Translations under genes and position numbers: made by a program
Shown: positions 9,566 to 19,209 of the stretch, piece by piece
How the letters are laid out: each line of letters opens with the position of its first letter
Position numbering within the stretch: the first letter of the stretch is position 1
Source of the DNA: a virus
Taxonomy: Duplodnaviria; Caudoviricetes
Direction: 5' to 3' (one strand)
DNA length: 64,000 nucleotides
Virus record (IMG/VR): IMGVR_UViG_3300021431_000107
Coordinates: 18,741-82,740 of that record
The notes under the pieces: model-generated
Databases searched by the model: none
Told to the model about the DNA's origin: nothing
What the model saw: the letters and a program-made list of their open reading frames with translations, nothing else

Positions 9566-9895
9566 TTACTTTTCGGAAGTCTCACTTACGACTTCTGAAA
9601 CAGTCTCAGCAATCTCCGGAACCTTTTCCGCAATCTGGGGAACAGTTCCAGCTCCTCCGCCGGGAAGAACAATATCATCCTTTCCGAAGACCTTTCCGAT
9701 GACGCCCATTGCCAGCGTCCCACCCAAGATCCCGTACACAGTACAGGCGATCTTAGAAGTGGCCGCCTTCTTGACGCCACGGACAGCCTTCTTAAAGAAG
9801 CCATCCTTCTTCTCAGCAGGAGTTTCCGGTTTATTGTTCTCCTGATTCTGGTTTTCCAGTTCCTGATCGTTGTTTCTGATTTCTTCATTTGCCAT
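9566..9895 (-). CDS. Hypothetical membrane-anchored protein in its own cassette
   Basis: Promoter 9939-9963 and terminator 9519-9548. Confidence 0.75.
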   Translation of the reverse strand: MANEEIRNNDQELENQNQENNKPETPAEKKDGFFKKAVRGVKKAATSKIACTVYGILGGTLAMGVIGKVFGKDDIVLPGGGAGTVPQIAEKVPEIAETVSEVVSETSEK

Positions 9896-10188
9896 AATAA
9901 AAATCCTCCTTTTAAAATAAATGTCTTATTAACATGTCATTATATGCCTTGCATTTTTTACGAATCTGTTGTTAAACAGAACGTTACGTAATGTGTAATC
10001 TAGTCACTATTTATCTTGAGCATGTCCGCATTTCCTCATCTGATAAAGCTGATACATGCTACTCTTTCCAAGTCTCCTTGGCCCAAAGCTAATCTGAGCC
10101 ATTGTCGTAGAAAATGCATCCTTTTCACTGATCTGATCAGCAAGTTTCTGAATCGAGCTAAGAGATGCAAATACTGCTGCCGCGTCTT

Positions 10189-10536
10189 TCATTCTTTCTC
10201 CTCTTCTTTCCATCCATTTTGAACCCAGTTTGGAGCCATCTTGTAAACCGTATACCCAAAGCCGCCACAAACATCACACTTTACGTCTTTATATGCAGCT
10301 TCATACACAAATCCAGAATCAGGTAAACCACTTGGATAGCCGTTATACTCAACCTTCACATATCCACGTCCGTTGCATTTAGGGCATTCATGTGTTCTAT
10401 TTCCTTTAATAGCAGTGAATATACTCGATAAAGTGGCTCCAGGACCGTATTTTTCGATCATTTGCTTTATTGTATATGCTTCACTACATTTAGGTTCATA
10501 CCATCCAATCATCTTATTCTCCTCCCGTTGTTTCAA
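10189..10536 (-). CDS. DnaJ-type Zn-finger-like protein
   Basis: CPKCNGRG and CDVCGGFG (CxxCxGxG twice). Confidence 0.65.
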   Translation of the reverse strand: MKQREENKMIGWYEPKCSEAYTIKQMIEKYGPGATLSSIFTAIKGNRTHECPKCNGRGYVKVEYNGYPSGLPDSGFVYEAAYKDVKCDVCGGFGYTVYKMAPNWVQNGWKEEEKE

Positions 10537-10605
10537 AGCATCGTTTTGAGTAACTTAGTTGCTTCCTCGATTCCACGACATGTATAATCAAAGTCGTCAC
10601 AGTTA

Positions 10606-10794
10606 TCACATTTCCTCATCCTGCCTTTCAGTAATCCATTTATCAAATAGCTTTTCGCATGAGTCACAAAGATTAATTTCCTTAGAATAAAGGCTTACTT
10701 GAGGATACTTAATGATTCTATAAGTAGGAATTTTTGCTGTTCCATGATTATTTGGTATTACCGATCCGCATTTGTCACATACTTTTTTAATCAT
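10606..10794 (-). CDS. Small Zn-binding protein
   Basis: CDKCG...LCDSC. Confidence 0.65.
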   Translation of the reverse strand: MIKKVCDKCGSVIPNNHGTAKIPTYRIIKYPQVSLYSKEINLCDSCEKLFDKWITERQDEEM

Positions 10795-10803
10795 ACGATT
10801 ACC

Positions 10804-11034
10804 TCACTTCAAATCGTCGTCATCAGGGATCTGTCTAACTGTAGTTTTGGCCTTCTCAAGGAGCTTATCATGGTCGGCTAACTCCATTTTGAGATCGTCA
10901 ATCTGTTCCTGAAGCCTCTCGATGTACGCTGCTGTCTCTGAAGGCACTGCTGGATCGCTTCTCTTTATGTGATTTAAAAAGTTTTTCCAGTTTCTACCCT
11001 GAAAATTGATGGATTTTGCCATATTTTTCACCAT
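10804..11034 (-). CDS. Hypothetical coiled-coil protein
   Basis: ORF in operon. Confidence 0.6.
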   Translation of the reverse strand: MVKNMAKSINFQGRNWKNFLNHIKRSDPAVPSETAAYIERLQEQIDDLKMELADHDKLLEKAKTTVRQIPDDDDLK

Positions 11035-11375
11035 CCTTTCTTAAGATCCGGGATAGAATCAGCAAAGTCAGCACCTTCAAACCGATAAATCACCCTATCA
11101 TCAGAAAGAGCCTCTTTAATTTTTCTTGCACGATAAGAAACACGCTTAAAAAATCCATCTGACGGAACCCTTTCGTTAGCTTTAACGAACCTTCTGCAGT
11201 TACAAACAGGACAAGTGTACGCATATCCTGTAGGTTCCCATGATCCAGACGTATTCATGAAGCCAATCGGACGAAATTCAGACTCTTTTCCTCGTATGAG
11301 AGAGTCGCAATGCCCGCAAACGACCTCAAATCTCCTCTGAAAGTGCCTTCCATTGCCATTTTTAAGTGTTCTCAT
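11028..11375 (-). CDS. Zn-ribbon hypothetical protein
   Basis: CGHC...CPVC. Confidence 0.65.
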   Translation of the reverse strand: MRTLKNGNGRHFQRRFEVVCGHCDSLIRGKESEFRPIGFMNTSGSWEPTGYAYTCPVCNCRRFVKANERVPSDGFFKRVSYRARKIKEALSDDRVIYRFEGADFADSIPDLKKGW

Positions 11376-11589
11376 CCTCTTTTTCCTCCTTATTCACGCT
11401 GTTTTCAGTACATCTTGTTCTACATAGTCTATTCGTATCGAATAAATACAGATCTTCAATGTACAAATACTGACAACTCATGCATTTTTCTTTTTCAATC
11501 GCCTCTTTTTCATCATCCAACGCCTGTCGCCACCTTGCCAAACCTTGAAATATGCGTTCTCCAGCCCAAATTCCCTTCATTTTGAGCAT
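11362..11589 (-). CDS. Hypothetical Cys protein (start uncertain)
   Basis: CMSC...CRTRC. Confidence 0.5.
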   Translation of the reverse strand: MLKMKGIWAGERIFQGLARWRQALDDEKEAIEKEKCMSCQYLYIEDLYLFDTNRLCRTRCTENSVNKEEKEDENT

Positions 11590-11707
11590 CAGAACGGTGT
11601 TTTTCTCTAAATTTCTTGAGTTTTAGCCCATCTTGTACTGTTGAAACCACATCAATTAGTCCAATCAGTACTAAAAACACTGTCATGATAACCCCTATGT
11701 ACTTCAT
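11513..11707 (-). CDS. Small membrane protein
   Basis: N-terminal hydrophobic segment; GGAG RBS. Confidence 0.6.
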   Translation of the reverse strand: MKYIGVIMTVFLVLIGLIDVVSTVQDGLKLKKFREKHRSDAQNEGNLGWRTHISRFGKVATGVG

Positions 11708-11905
11708 TTAAAGCTCCTCCTCTTCCTTTTTATCCAGATTCTTATGTACTTTTTCGTTCTTAATCCATGCCTGATAAGGACGAATCAGCATATAAATAGC
11801 CGTGATTAGAACAATAGCACCAAACGTATAGTCATGATTTAGGTTCCAGGCACCTGCAACGTATAAAATAGTAAACATACAGATGATATATTTAATCAGA
11901 TTCAT
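11708..11905 (-). CDS. Two-TM small membrane protein
   Basis: Two hydrophobic segments; GGAGGTG RBS. Confidence 0.65.
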   Translation of the reverse strand: MNLIKYIICMFTILYVAGAWNLNHDYTFGAIVLITAIYMLIRPYQAWIKNEKVHKNLDKKEEEEL

Positions 11906-12150
11906 AGTTCACCTCCCATCTCCTTGTATTTTTCACCTAGCATTTTAAATAGCTTAAGCTCATAGTCCTCATCTTTCGGTGAGATAGTAAACGACGCCTT
12001 CTTGAATTTCCCATCGATTGTCCCATGCATACCGATTTCAAAGACTTCTCTCGTCTCAGAGAAATGAATCTGAATAGTAAGAGCAGGATAATTCATAAGA
12101 AACTCGAACAATACAAGCTCAAGTTCTACAGTCATTTTGTTACTTGCCAT
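11902..12150 (-). CDS. Hypothetical protein
   Basis: Start at TCAAAATG. Confidence 0.65.
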   Translation of the reverse strand: MASNKMTVELELVLFEFLMNYPALTIQIHFSETREVFEIGMHGTIDGKFKKASFTISPKDEDYELKLFKMLGEKYKEMGGEL

Positions 12151-12229
12151 TTTGAGATCCTTTCGTTTCACTACAGAAAAAGAGAGACCCATCTTAATAG
12201 ACAGGTCCCTCTGATGTTACTAGTGTCCT

Positions 12230-13087
12230 TCACGGTTTGACTGTTGGTCTGCCACTCCAGTCTAGAACTGTAACAGATATCTGATTTATCTTCGCTGTAT
12301 TATACAAATGCGGTACAAGTGCAGAGGTCATTGATAACCCTCCAAATATAAATGCTTCTGCACATCCTACTTGTGGTAGACACATCTCCGCCAAGAACTC
12401 ATTGTAAGTGAAGAACGGTTCCTGTCCAGATGCCAGTCTGGTATTCATATAATTACATACTTCCATTATTGTCTTTTCATCAGATCGGAAAACCATCCCG
12501 GTCATATGGTCATAAAATACCTGTGATCCTCCACGAGCTTGAATTATTCCATCTGGCCAATACTCGCCAACTTCGAAAAATGGATAGTCTCTTTCTACCT
12601 TATTTTGAGCAGCCTTCTCTTGAATCTCCTGCATCTTCTCCTCTCCGACTTCCTCTTTAGTCGCCTTGAAGAGATCCTGATACATTGCATCTGATACTAT
12701 TGCTGCTTCATGCCATTTTGAGATAGCCTTACCAGCGTACACGGCCATTCCAATGTTGAACCCTGCGGTTGCTGTTGCACAGATTACTACAGGAGCCGAT
12801 ACAACTACGAGTTCCTTAAGTGTGTGCCTTGTTGTCTTCTTTCTCTCCTCTGCCTTTTCCTCATCAGTGAGAAATGGATCATCATTTATCTCCTCGATTT
12901 CATGTCTCTTCTCCTCAAGAATCCTGTCAACTTTCGGTCTAGCCCTCCATGTGAGAACTACAGTAGCCGCAAGTCCAATAGTGGACCCGATTACTGTTGT
13001 AGCAGTAGAGTGCTCCATCGCTTTCGCAAATATAACGTCTGCACCCTTTTTGATTGTTGATGGTTTGAAGATGTCTAAGAATCCCAT
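12230..13087 (-). CDS. DUF6353-like phage protein
   Basis: N-terminal hydrophobic GSTIGLAATVVLTWRA; FYDHMTGMVFRS, N.RL...F..YNEF motifs. Confidence 0.65.
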   Translation of the reverse strand: MGFLDIFKPSTIKKGADVIFAKAMEHSTATTVIGSTIGLAATVVLTWRARPKVDRILEEKRHEIEEINDDPFLTDEEKAEERKKTTRHTLKELVVVSAPVVICATATAGFNIGMAVYAGKAISKWHEAAIVSDAMYQDLFKATKEEVGEEKMQEIQEKAAQNKVERDYPFFEVGEYWPDGIIQARGGSQVFYDHMTGMVFRSDEKTIMEVCNYMNTRLASGQEPFFTYNEFLAEMCLPQVGCAEAFIFGGLSMTSALVPHLYNTAKINQISVTVLDWSGRPTVKP

Positions 13088-13122
13088 AAGTTTCTCCTTT
13101 CTCTTCTGTGTGTACTTGTTTC

Positions 13123-13259
13123 CTAAAAAAAAGAAGAAGGATTATTTACTTCGTCAAACCTTTCGCATCTTTTCCGGCATTGAGAACTTTCCAAAACGTT
13201 TTCACGTGTCTCAACCCTGATGCAAGTTCAGGTTATTAGAAGTAATATAATCCCTCTTC
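13123..13259 (-). ncRNA. Candidate structured small RNA or leader (~125 nt) ending in a U-tract
   Basis: Promoter 13260-13284 directly upstream; nested helices; no ORF. Confidence 0.6.
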
Positions 13260-13329
13260 ACTATACCCTCTGTAGTTTTTACGAGTTGCTGTACACTGAC
13301 ACGTTCTCTTTGTTCACGTATAGTTCATG

Positions 13330-14124
13330 CTATTCGCTATAAATCATGTCTTCTGGATTTTGAGTTGTCGGATCTACCTGATAGAATAGACACAGCGCTT
13401 CCATTCCAGTATCATCTGTATAGATATCCATGCACTTTTCAATCCAAGGACCTCCATAATACGACCAACAGTAGTCCTGAGATTCATTCTCCCAGTTCCA
13501 TCCGATCTTATCACCAAGAGGTTTTGGTACTCCACCGATCATTTTGATGATGAAGTTGAGTCGAACGTCAAAGTCTTTAGCAAGCTTCTCATTTGCAGCA
13601 AGAAGAGCCCAGGCAATTCTTTCAGTTGACGTAACAATATACTGATCAGTATAAGGTTCGTAAACGAGAATCTTACCTGTCCCCTCACGAACTTCTCTGT
13701 ACTGAGACGCTGTTGGCTTCTCTTTGCTTCTTTTAATCTGCTCCTTTACGGTTTCTTCACGAATCTCATTCGCTTTCTCTTCTCCTACTACATCTTCCAT
13801 CTTTTTATCGAGACCTACGAACTTATCTTTCCACATAGCAGCTACACCGGCAAGAGCTACTTCTTTCCCAACGTGTATCCTATCAGACCCAATGATAGCT
13901 CCAATAGTTAAAGTAGCAGATAGTCCAGCTTTCCAGTAGCATTTTACATACTGCTTAATTTTCTCTTTAGTATCAAGATCCGGATCAATAGTCACATACG
14001 CCTGAACACCTGCCTTTGATGAGAGATAAGCAGTTGTTCCAACTCCAACACATGCGGCTGCTGCACAGATACTTCCTGATTTGTCCTTTAACAGGTTGAG
14101 TAAATTATCTATTTTGAACTTCAT
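13330..14124 (-). CDS. DUF6353-like phage protein, paralog of 12230..13087
   Basis: CVGVGTTAYLSSKAG; YEPYTDQY...N.KL...F motifs. Confidence 0.65.
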   Translation of the reverse strand: MKFKIDNLLNLLKDKSGSICAAAACVGVGTTAYLSSKAGVQAYVTIDPDLDTKEKIKQYVKCYWKAGLSATLTIGAIIGSDRIHVGKEVALAGVAAMWKDKFVGLDKKMEDVVGEEKANEIREETVKEQIKRSKEKPTASQYREVREGTGKILVYEPYTDQYIVTSTERIAWALLAANEKLAKDFDVRLNFIIKMIGGVPKPLGDKIGWNWENESQDYCWSYYGGPWIEKCMDIYTDDTGMEALCLFYQVDPTTQNPEDMIYSE

Positions 14125-14275
14125 TCAGATTCCTCCTCATCGTATTTGAGATATGGTTTAACGGTGCAGGTGTATGTATTAAGAAGATCAGTTAAACCAT
14201 CAATTGCTGTTAGACAAGCCTTGATTCGTCTACTTGTATTTTCTCCAGTAATCTCATGCAGTGCTATATCGTTGG

Positions 14276-14710
14276 CTATATGCATTTGAAATTACCTTCT
14301 TTTTTATACGTGATATACGTGACCCACTTATCAATGACTGCTACTAATTCACGATACATATCATTGTAAAATACTTTATCGTCATTAAGTGAAGCATTTC
14401 TTATAATGCGAATTTGTTTGTTCTTGTCGACTTTGATTTCATAGTTAGCAAAAATAAAGTCGCATATCATTTTAAGACTGTCGTCGATCTTCCAAATAGG
14501 ACTGTGTGACATCTTTAACGCCTTCAGATTGTAAAAGCCCTTATTACAAAAATCTTTTTCTAAAAGTGTGCATAATTTTTTCGCCTGATACTCAGTGAAA
14601 CAAACATTGCACTTGTATATTATATCGTTTTGCCTTACTTCTTTCTCTTCTTTAATTTTCTGCTCAAGAGCGATCAGTTCTTTGTCAGAAAAAGTTGTCA
14701 AATCAATCAT
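14276..14710 (-). CDS. Hypothetical protein, tandem paralog A
   Basis: MIDLTTFSDKELIALEQKIKEEK. Confidence 0.75.
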   Translation of the reverse strand: MIDLTTFSDKELIALEQKIKEEKEVRQNDIIYKCNVCFTEYQAKKLCTLLEKDFCNKGFYNLKALKMSHSPIWKIDDSLKMICDFIFANYEIKVDKNKQIRIIRNASLNDDKVFYNDMYRELVAVIDKWVTYITYKKEGNFKCI

Positions 14711-15132
14711 TTTGAACCTCCTTTACTTTTATACATAATCCACTTGTCAATAACTGTCAGCATCTCCTGATACATATCGTTGTAGTCTTCTTTGTCATCA
14801 ATTAAGAGACGAGAACCGTTTCTTCGAATCTTTTGATGTCCATATTTATCAGGGGCCATTTCAAAGTTATCGAAAACATAATCACAAATAATAAGAAGAT
14901 ATTTACTGATTGCATGAATCGGTTCATAGATATTATAGTTACTCTGCTTTACATCCACACCATGCTCTTTAAGAACCTTAGTGAAATACTCTGTCATATC
15001 TTTATACTGCTCTTCTGATGGATGAATATTAGATTTATAGAGAAGTCCTCCCTGTCTCTTTTCTTTCTCTTCTTTGATCTTCTTCTCAAGATCAATCAGT
15101 TCTTTGTCAGTGAAAGCAGTTAAATCAGTCAT
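14707..15132 (-). CDS. Hypothetical protein, tandem paralog B
   Basis: MTDLTAFTDKELIDLEKKIKEEK; similarity over full length. Confidence 0.75.
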   Translation of the reverse strand: MTDLTAFTDKELIDLEKKIKEEKEKRQGGLLYKSNIHPSEEQYKDMTEYFTKVLKEHGVDVKQSNYNIYEPIHAISKYLLIICDYVFDNFEMAPDKYGHQKIRRNGSRLLIDDKEDYNDMYQEMLTVIDKWIMYKSKGGSK

Positions 15133-15499
15133 TTTGATCCTCCTCTTCGTCGTATTCGTCAATCTCACTAAACAGTCCGCCTACTTCTTCAATGCCTTCA
15201 TACTCCGGTTTTACTCTGTTTGCCATCGATTCGTAATTTGACGGATAAATACAATCTTTGAGTTCGCACTCCTCATAGTAATCATCGATCTCGCAAGGTA
15301 TGCCAACTTCGTCAAGAAGATACTTCGAAGGTTCAGAATATCCACAATATGCACACTCTGGATAGAATTCTGGATTATTCCACCTTTCAAATCCGTGTAA
15401 AGCGATTCTTTTAGCCCTCTCATAGTCCTTTTCATCTTCTACCTTAACGACAAAGCCAATTCCTGGATTCGTATCACTAACAACGGCAAATGCTTTCAT
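15125..15499 (-). CDS. Acidic hypothetical protein
   Basis: RBS + TCAAAATG. Confidence 0.7.
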   Translation of the reverse strand: MKAFAVVSDTNPGIGFVVKVEDEKDYERAKRIALHGFERWNNPEFYPECAYCGYSEPSKYLLDEVGIPCEIDDYYEECELKDCIYPSNYESMANRVKPEYEGIEEVGGLFSEIDEYDEEEDQND

Positions 15500-15510
15500 T
15501 TTGAACCTCC

Positions 15511-15759
15511 TTATCGATAAAGCCTAAAGATCCTGAGTTCCTCATCTGAAAACCCATCAAGATCTCCAACATCCAGTAAGATAAGCACCAAATCACGAAT
15601 ACTAAAAGACCCACGAGTAATCTTGTTGTTAAGAAGATTCACTGAGATGCCAAGAATCTTTGCCACGTCTTCTTTTGAATAATTCTGCATTTCCATTATC
15701 TTCTTAATGAGTAGTGTATCTGGTCTGTCACTAAATCTCTGAAACGTTGATTCGGTCAT
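15511..15759 (-). CDS. XRE/Cro-like HTH protein
   Basis: SKEDVAKILGISVNLLNNKITRGSFSIRDL. Confidence 0.75.
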   Translation of the reverse strand: MTESTFQRFSDRPDTLLIKKIMEMQNYSKEDVAKILGISVNLLNNKITRGSFSIRDLVLILLDVGDLDGFSDEELRIFRLYR

Positions 15760-15843
15760 TTTGATCTCCTTTCACTAACCGTCAGTAATTGGAAAAAGAA
15801 AGAGGGACTGTGAACCTTCTTGTCACAATCCCTCTGCCTCAAA

Positions 15844-16209
15844 CTACTTAAGAAGTCCCAGATCGGCTAAGATCTGTGTGTAGGACTCGCCGTTATTAAA
15901 CCTACGATCAACCTCAATCTGCTCATGACGAGTAAGAGGTCTTCTCGATAATACGTGTCTGCCCAGTCTGGTATCATAGAAGTCGACCAGCCTTCTTGTA
16001 TCTTCAGCTCTTGTCTGCCGGTACTTAAACGCTTTATTACCAAGCGAAGTAACGGCTCCAATGATAGCCATAGATTCAATAGGATGCTCAATCCCCCATT
16101 TTACCAGGTCATTGGCTTTCTGCTTTACTTTATCGAGCTTCTCCTTCCATTTCCGTTTCTGAGCCTCCATTTTGAAGTCATTAATGTCAACGGTTTTATT
16201 CTCCTCCAT
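15844..16209 (-). CDS. Hypothetical protein in its own cassette
   Basis: Promoter 16245-16269; terminator 15801-15835. Confidence 0.75.
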   Translation of the reverse strand: MEENKTVDINDFKMEAQKRKWKEKLDKVKQKANDLVKWGIEHPIESMAIIGAVTSLGNKAFKYRQTRAEDTRRLVDFYDTRLGRHVLSRRPLTRHEQIEVDRRFNNGESYTQILADLGLLK

Positions 16210-16263
16210 TTTTGATCTCCTTTCTTGAAACATCTAATAGTTCCATTATAGGAGTTGTTTTTG

Positions 16264-16617
16264 TTACGAGTTAACGATTATCGATCCTCTTTCCAGTGCA
16301 AAGTCTTTAGCCATTTTGAAGTCTCTTTCCGACAGAACATAGTGATTATTTTCCAGTCCGAAGATTGCTCCAAGACGACAGGCAACTTTGTCAATGCACT
16401 TAGGATAGATAGCACTCATGAACAGAGCTTCTCCTTTACTATCAGGTTTTACAAGAACTTCATGTGTCTCTTCAAGAAAACCAATCATGATATCGTCGTT
16501 GGAAGTTTTCTTAACCTGAGTAATAAGTCCATCTCTTTTGCAAGCAGATACAATACCTGCGATACAAAGTGCTGCTCCACCAATAATAGCTGCATAATCT
16601 TCAAATGTTCTTTTCAT
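16264..16617 (-). CDS. Membrane-anchored hypothetical protein
   Basis: N-terminal hydrophobic helix. Confidence 0.7.
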   Translation of the reverse strand: MKRTFEDYAAIIGGAALCIAGIVSACKRDGLITQVKKTSNDDIMIGFLEETHEVLVKPDSKGEALFMSAIYPKCIDKVACRLGAIFGLENNHYVLSERDFKMAKDFALERGSIIVNS

Positions 16618-16644
16618 ACCATCTTCTCCTTTCTCCTGTGCATA

Positions 16645-16932
16645 TTAAGCCAGACATACATCTGTGTCCGCAATCGCGCTAGAAGGGTAAGCGTCATTTT
16701 CGGCAAAGGTAATCTCCATCGCTTTTCCGAAAGGCGCACGATAAATGCGTATGGTATCGAATACCCAATCTCGCTTAAAGGCATCATATGGGCAATTCTC
16801 TCTAGCTTCCTTTATAGCAAGATTAGCCGCTTCTTCTGATGGAAATATGCCGAACAAGTATGTTTCTGTATCATCGTCCTTGATTCCGAATGGAAAACTA
16901 TCGATAGTAACAACAAAAACATCTTTCATCAT
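16645..16932 (-). CDS. Hypothetical protein
   Basis: RBS + TCAAAATG. Confidence 0.7.
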   Translation of the reverse strand: MMKDVFVVTIDSFPFGIKDDDTETYLFGIFPSEEAANLAIKEARENCPYDAFKRDWVFDTIRIYRAPFGKAMEITFAENDAYPSSAIADTDVCLA

Positions 16933-16988
16933 TTTGATCTTCTCCTTTTCATTCTCTCCAGAAATATAAGAGTCATTTAACATCACGG

Positions 16989-17267
16989 TTATACCCTATC
17001 TTCACAACAATACAGCAACCGTTCTCTTATAATTCGATTCATATAACTCATTTCTTCAAACGAGGGGGATGATTGTTTTGATGCAATTTCCAGCGATTTC
17101 ACGTACTCCTCCATAACATCATGATATTCTGCATATGAATTATTCTCTAAACGATTCCGCACTTGTTTTTCAGTGGCTGGTATGTAAAAATCTTCTCTCA
17201 TTGAAGCAATGCATCCACCGTCACCGCAGTAACAGGTACAACATGGTTTATCATTTGTTCCGCACAT
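16989..17267 (-). CDS. Cys-rich hypothetical protein
   Basis: CCTCYCGDGGC. Confidence 0.7.
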   Translation of the reverse strand: MCGTNDKPCCTCYCGDGGCIASMREDFYIPATEKQVRNRLENNSYAEYHDVMEEYVKSLEIASKQSSPSFEEMSYMNRIIRERLLYCCEDRV

Positions 17268-17283
17268 TTTTACCTCCTTTCAA

Positions 17284-18054
17284 TCATCTAGAACACATCA
17301 TTTTAAAGCATTCCTCGTAGATATCTGCCTTCTGTTTCGTGAGTGCCATCTCCATGTCTGCTTCCGTGTAGATAGCATTAGGATTTGTAGCGGTCTCAAC
17401 TACTTTCTCAGGAACCTTAACTTCAACAATCTTCTCAACCGGCTCAATACCGAGGAAAGAAGAAAGCTCATTCCTGATATCAGTGAGCATGGAAAGAGGA
17501 ATATTCCAGCTTCTCTCAATGAAGTACTTGAGCGGCTTGTAGTAAAGTTTATGACAGGAGCTAATATTTCCATCTACATCGTTAGTGAAATATGGAGTAC
17601 AAATAGCAAACGAGTCAGTCCACTCAACGGAAAGGATGATATACTTTTCAGTGGTTCCATTACTTGACTTCACATCCCATACCTGTCCAGGAGCAAACTC
17701 TACTGTCTTCTTAAACTCAACTTTCTTAGGTTCAACATTGTTAATTGCCTTTGATGCTGTCAGATCCATATATCCCTCGTCGTTTCTATAATCTGGATAT
17801 CTCGTTGATGCTACAACGATCTTCTCCTCTTTCTTAGGTGCTGGTATGTAATAGATCGCTCCACGTTCTTTAGCAATGCTTTCAGGATACTGCTGTTCGA
17901 GATTGTCTATGTCTCTATACAGCGTGTTATAAGAGATACTGAAAAGATTGAGTAAATCCTTTACTTTAAACTTTTTACCAGGATCTTCCTTAAGAATCTC
18001 ATACAGCATCTGGCATCTTTCGTTAGCTTTTTCAACCTGAATAGTGTTCCCCAT
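17284..18054 (-). CDS. Winged-HTH-containing protein
   Basis: N-terminal FKVKDLLNLFSISYNTLYRDIDNL HTH; DEGYMDLTA motif. Confidence 0.65.
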   Translation of the reverse strand: MGNTIQVEKANERCQMLYEILKEDPGKKFKVKDLLNLFSISYNTLYRDIDNLEQQYPESIAKERGAIYYIPAPKKEEKIVVASTRYPDYRNDEGYMDLTASKAINNVEPKKVEFKKTVEFAPGQVWDVKSSNGTTEKYIILSVEWTDSFAICTPYFTNDVDGNISSCHKLYYKPLKYFIERSWNIPLSMLTDIRNELSSFLGIEPVEKIVEVKVPEKVVETATNPNAIYTEADMEMALTKQKADIYEECFKMMCSR

Positions 18055-18120
18055 TTTGAATCCTCCCTTTTGAAATACGTTGCTTTGTGATATATGAGAG
18101 AAAAAAAGAAGGAGTCCATG

Positions 18121-18321
18121 TTAAGACTCCTTTTTCCTCCTTTCTTTAAATAACTCACTGCCAAATCCGACGGTCATGATGACCACGAACAGCATGCCAA
18201 CAGCTGCTCGAAACCAGAATACGAATGGCTCGGTAACGTACTCATCAGCCCATCTGCCAATTTCCGTCCCGAATGCCATCATAAACAGGCTCCACATAGT
18301 TAACATAAAAGTTCTGTTCAT
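18121..18321 (-). CDS. Two-TM small membrane protein (cassette)
   Basis: Promoter 18360-18384; terminator 18110-18132. Confidence 0.75.
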   Translation of the reverse strand: MNRTFMLTMWSLFMMAFGTEIGRWADEYVTEPFVFWFRAAVGMLFVVIMTVGFGSELFKERRKKES

Positions 18322-18526
18322 ATCTTCGTCCTCCTTGATATAAGTTGATTTAATCTATCATTATAGGAACTGAATTTTTTACGATTAGTTCACTACGTTC
18401 ACACGGTCAAACTCGCAGACTCGTTTAACACGAAAAAGAAAGAGGCAACACTCATTACATTCGTAAACGCCTATAAGAAAAGAAAGAGGCATTGAAGCCT
18501 CTCTCCGAAATGCTCTTTTATCGATT

Positions 18527-18592
18527 TTATCCACGCTCGCTGAACAATATATAAAGTCCAACGGCGATGAGAATACATCCTAATAAAGTCAT
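18527..18592 (-). CDS. 21-aa hydrophobic peptide MTLLGCILIAVGLYILFSERG
   Basis: ATGA overlap with upstream stop codon; precedes terminator 18486-18504. Confidence 0.5.
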   Translation of the reverse strand: MTLLGCILIAVGLYILFSERG

Positions 18593-18792
18593 TCCGCAGA
18601 TTCCTCCTTTGCCTCTTCTCTTTTAAGCGTTACGTACCGCTTCTTGAACGGGTTTTTAATGAGTTTACGAGTTTCCTCAATCTCCTTCTCCAAATGTTTG
18701 GAGTCTGCAGTCGAGTATCCTGTAATATAACCCAGGACCCACTGTGCAAATCCAAATACGAGAATTCCGATGATACCTGCTACATTTCTCAT
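18589..18792 (-). CDS. Single-TM protein (cassette)
   Basis: RBS AAAGGAG before ATG 18792; promoter 18830-18854. Confidence 0.75.
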   Translation of the reverse strand: MRNVAGIIGILVFGFAQWVLGYITGYSTADSKHLEKEIEETRKLIKNPFKKRYVTLKREEAKEESAE

Positions 18793-18996
18793 CTTTCGTC
18801 TCCTTTCATAAAAACGTGTTAACGTATCCATTATAGGAGTTGATTTTTTTACGAAGATGTTCACTCCGCTCACACGGTCAAACTCGCAGACTCGTTTAAC
18901 ACGAAAAAAGAAAAAGCGACGCTCACTATCGTTCATAAGGTCTTTGAAAAAGAAAAGCCCTGGAAGTGCATAATAGCTACTCCCAGAGCCTTTATA

Positions 18997-19209
18997 TTAC
19001 CAGAGATCGTGAGCATCTTTAATAAGCTCAATCCAGTCCTCCATGTTAATAGTTCCCTGTTTCTCAAGTTTATCGTGTATCAAGATACGCAGCGTCTTGG
19101 ACTCGTCGCAGTACTTGATGGCTTTCTGATAGTCATCGTTCGTGCGCCAGTACATAGCAAGAACGCTAAGTTCTAATACCACAAAAATGATAATTATAGT
19201 TCCTAACAT
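18997..19209 (-). CDS. Single-TM protein (cassette)
   Basis: Promoter 19265-19289; terminator 18957-18990. Confidence 0.75.
   Translation of the reverse strand: MLGTIIIIFVVLELSVLAMYWRTNDDYQKAIKYCDESKTLRILIHDKLEKQGTINMEDWIELIKDAHDLW

Noticed and set aside
13123-13259. Known self-cleaving ribozyme
   Set aside because: Hammerhead CUGANGA/GAAA, twister, pistol and hairpin-ribozyme cores are not found in the right context; UAUAUUAC lies in a paired stem
18406-18430. Integron attC site (GTCAAAC...GTTTAAC resembles the R boxes)
   Set aside because: Only ~24 bp, one mismatch per box, no L boxes or extrahelical bases; the integrase has its own attP and I see no IntI-specific insertion
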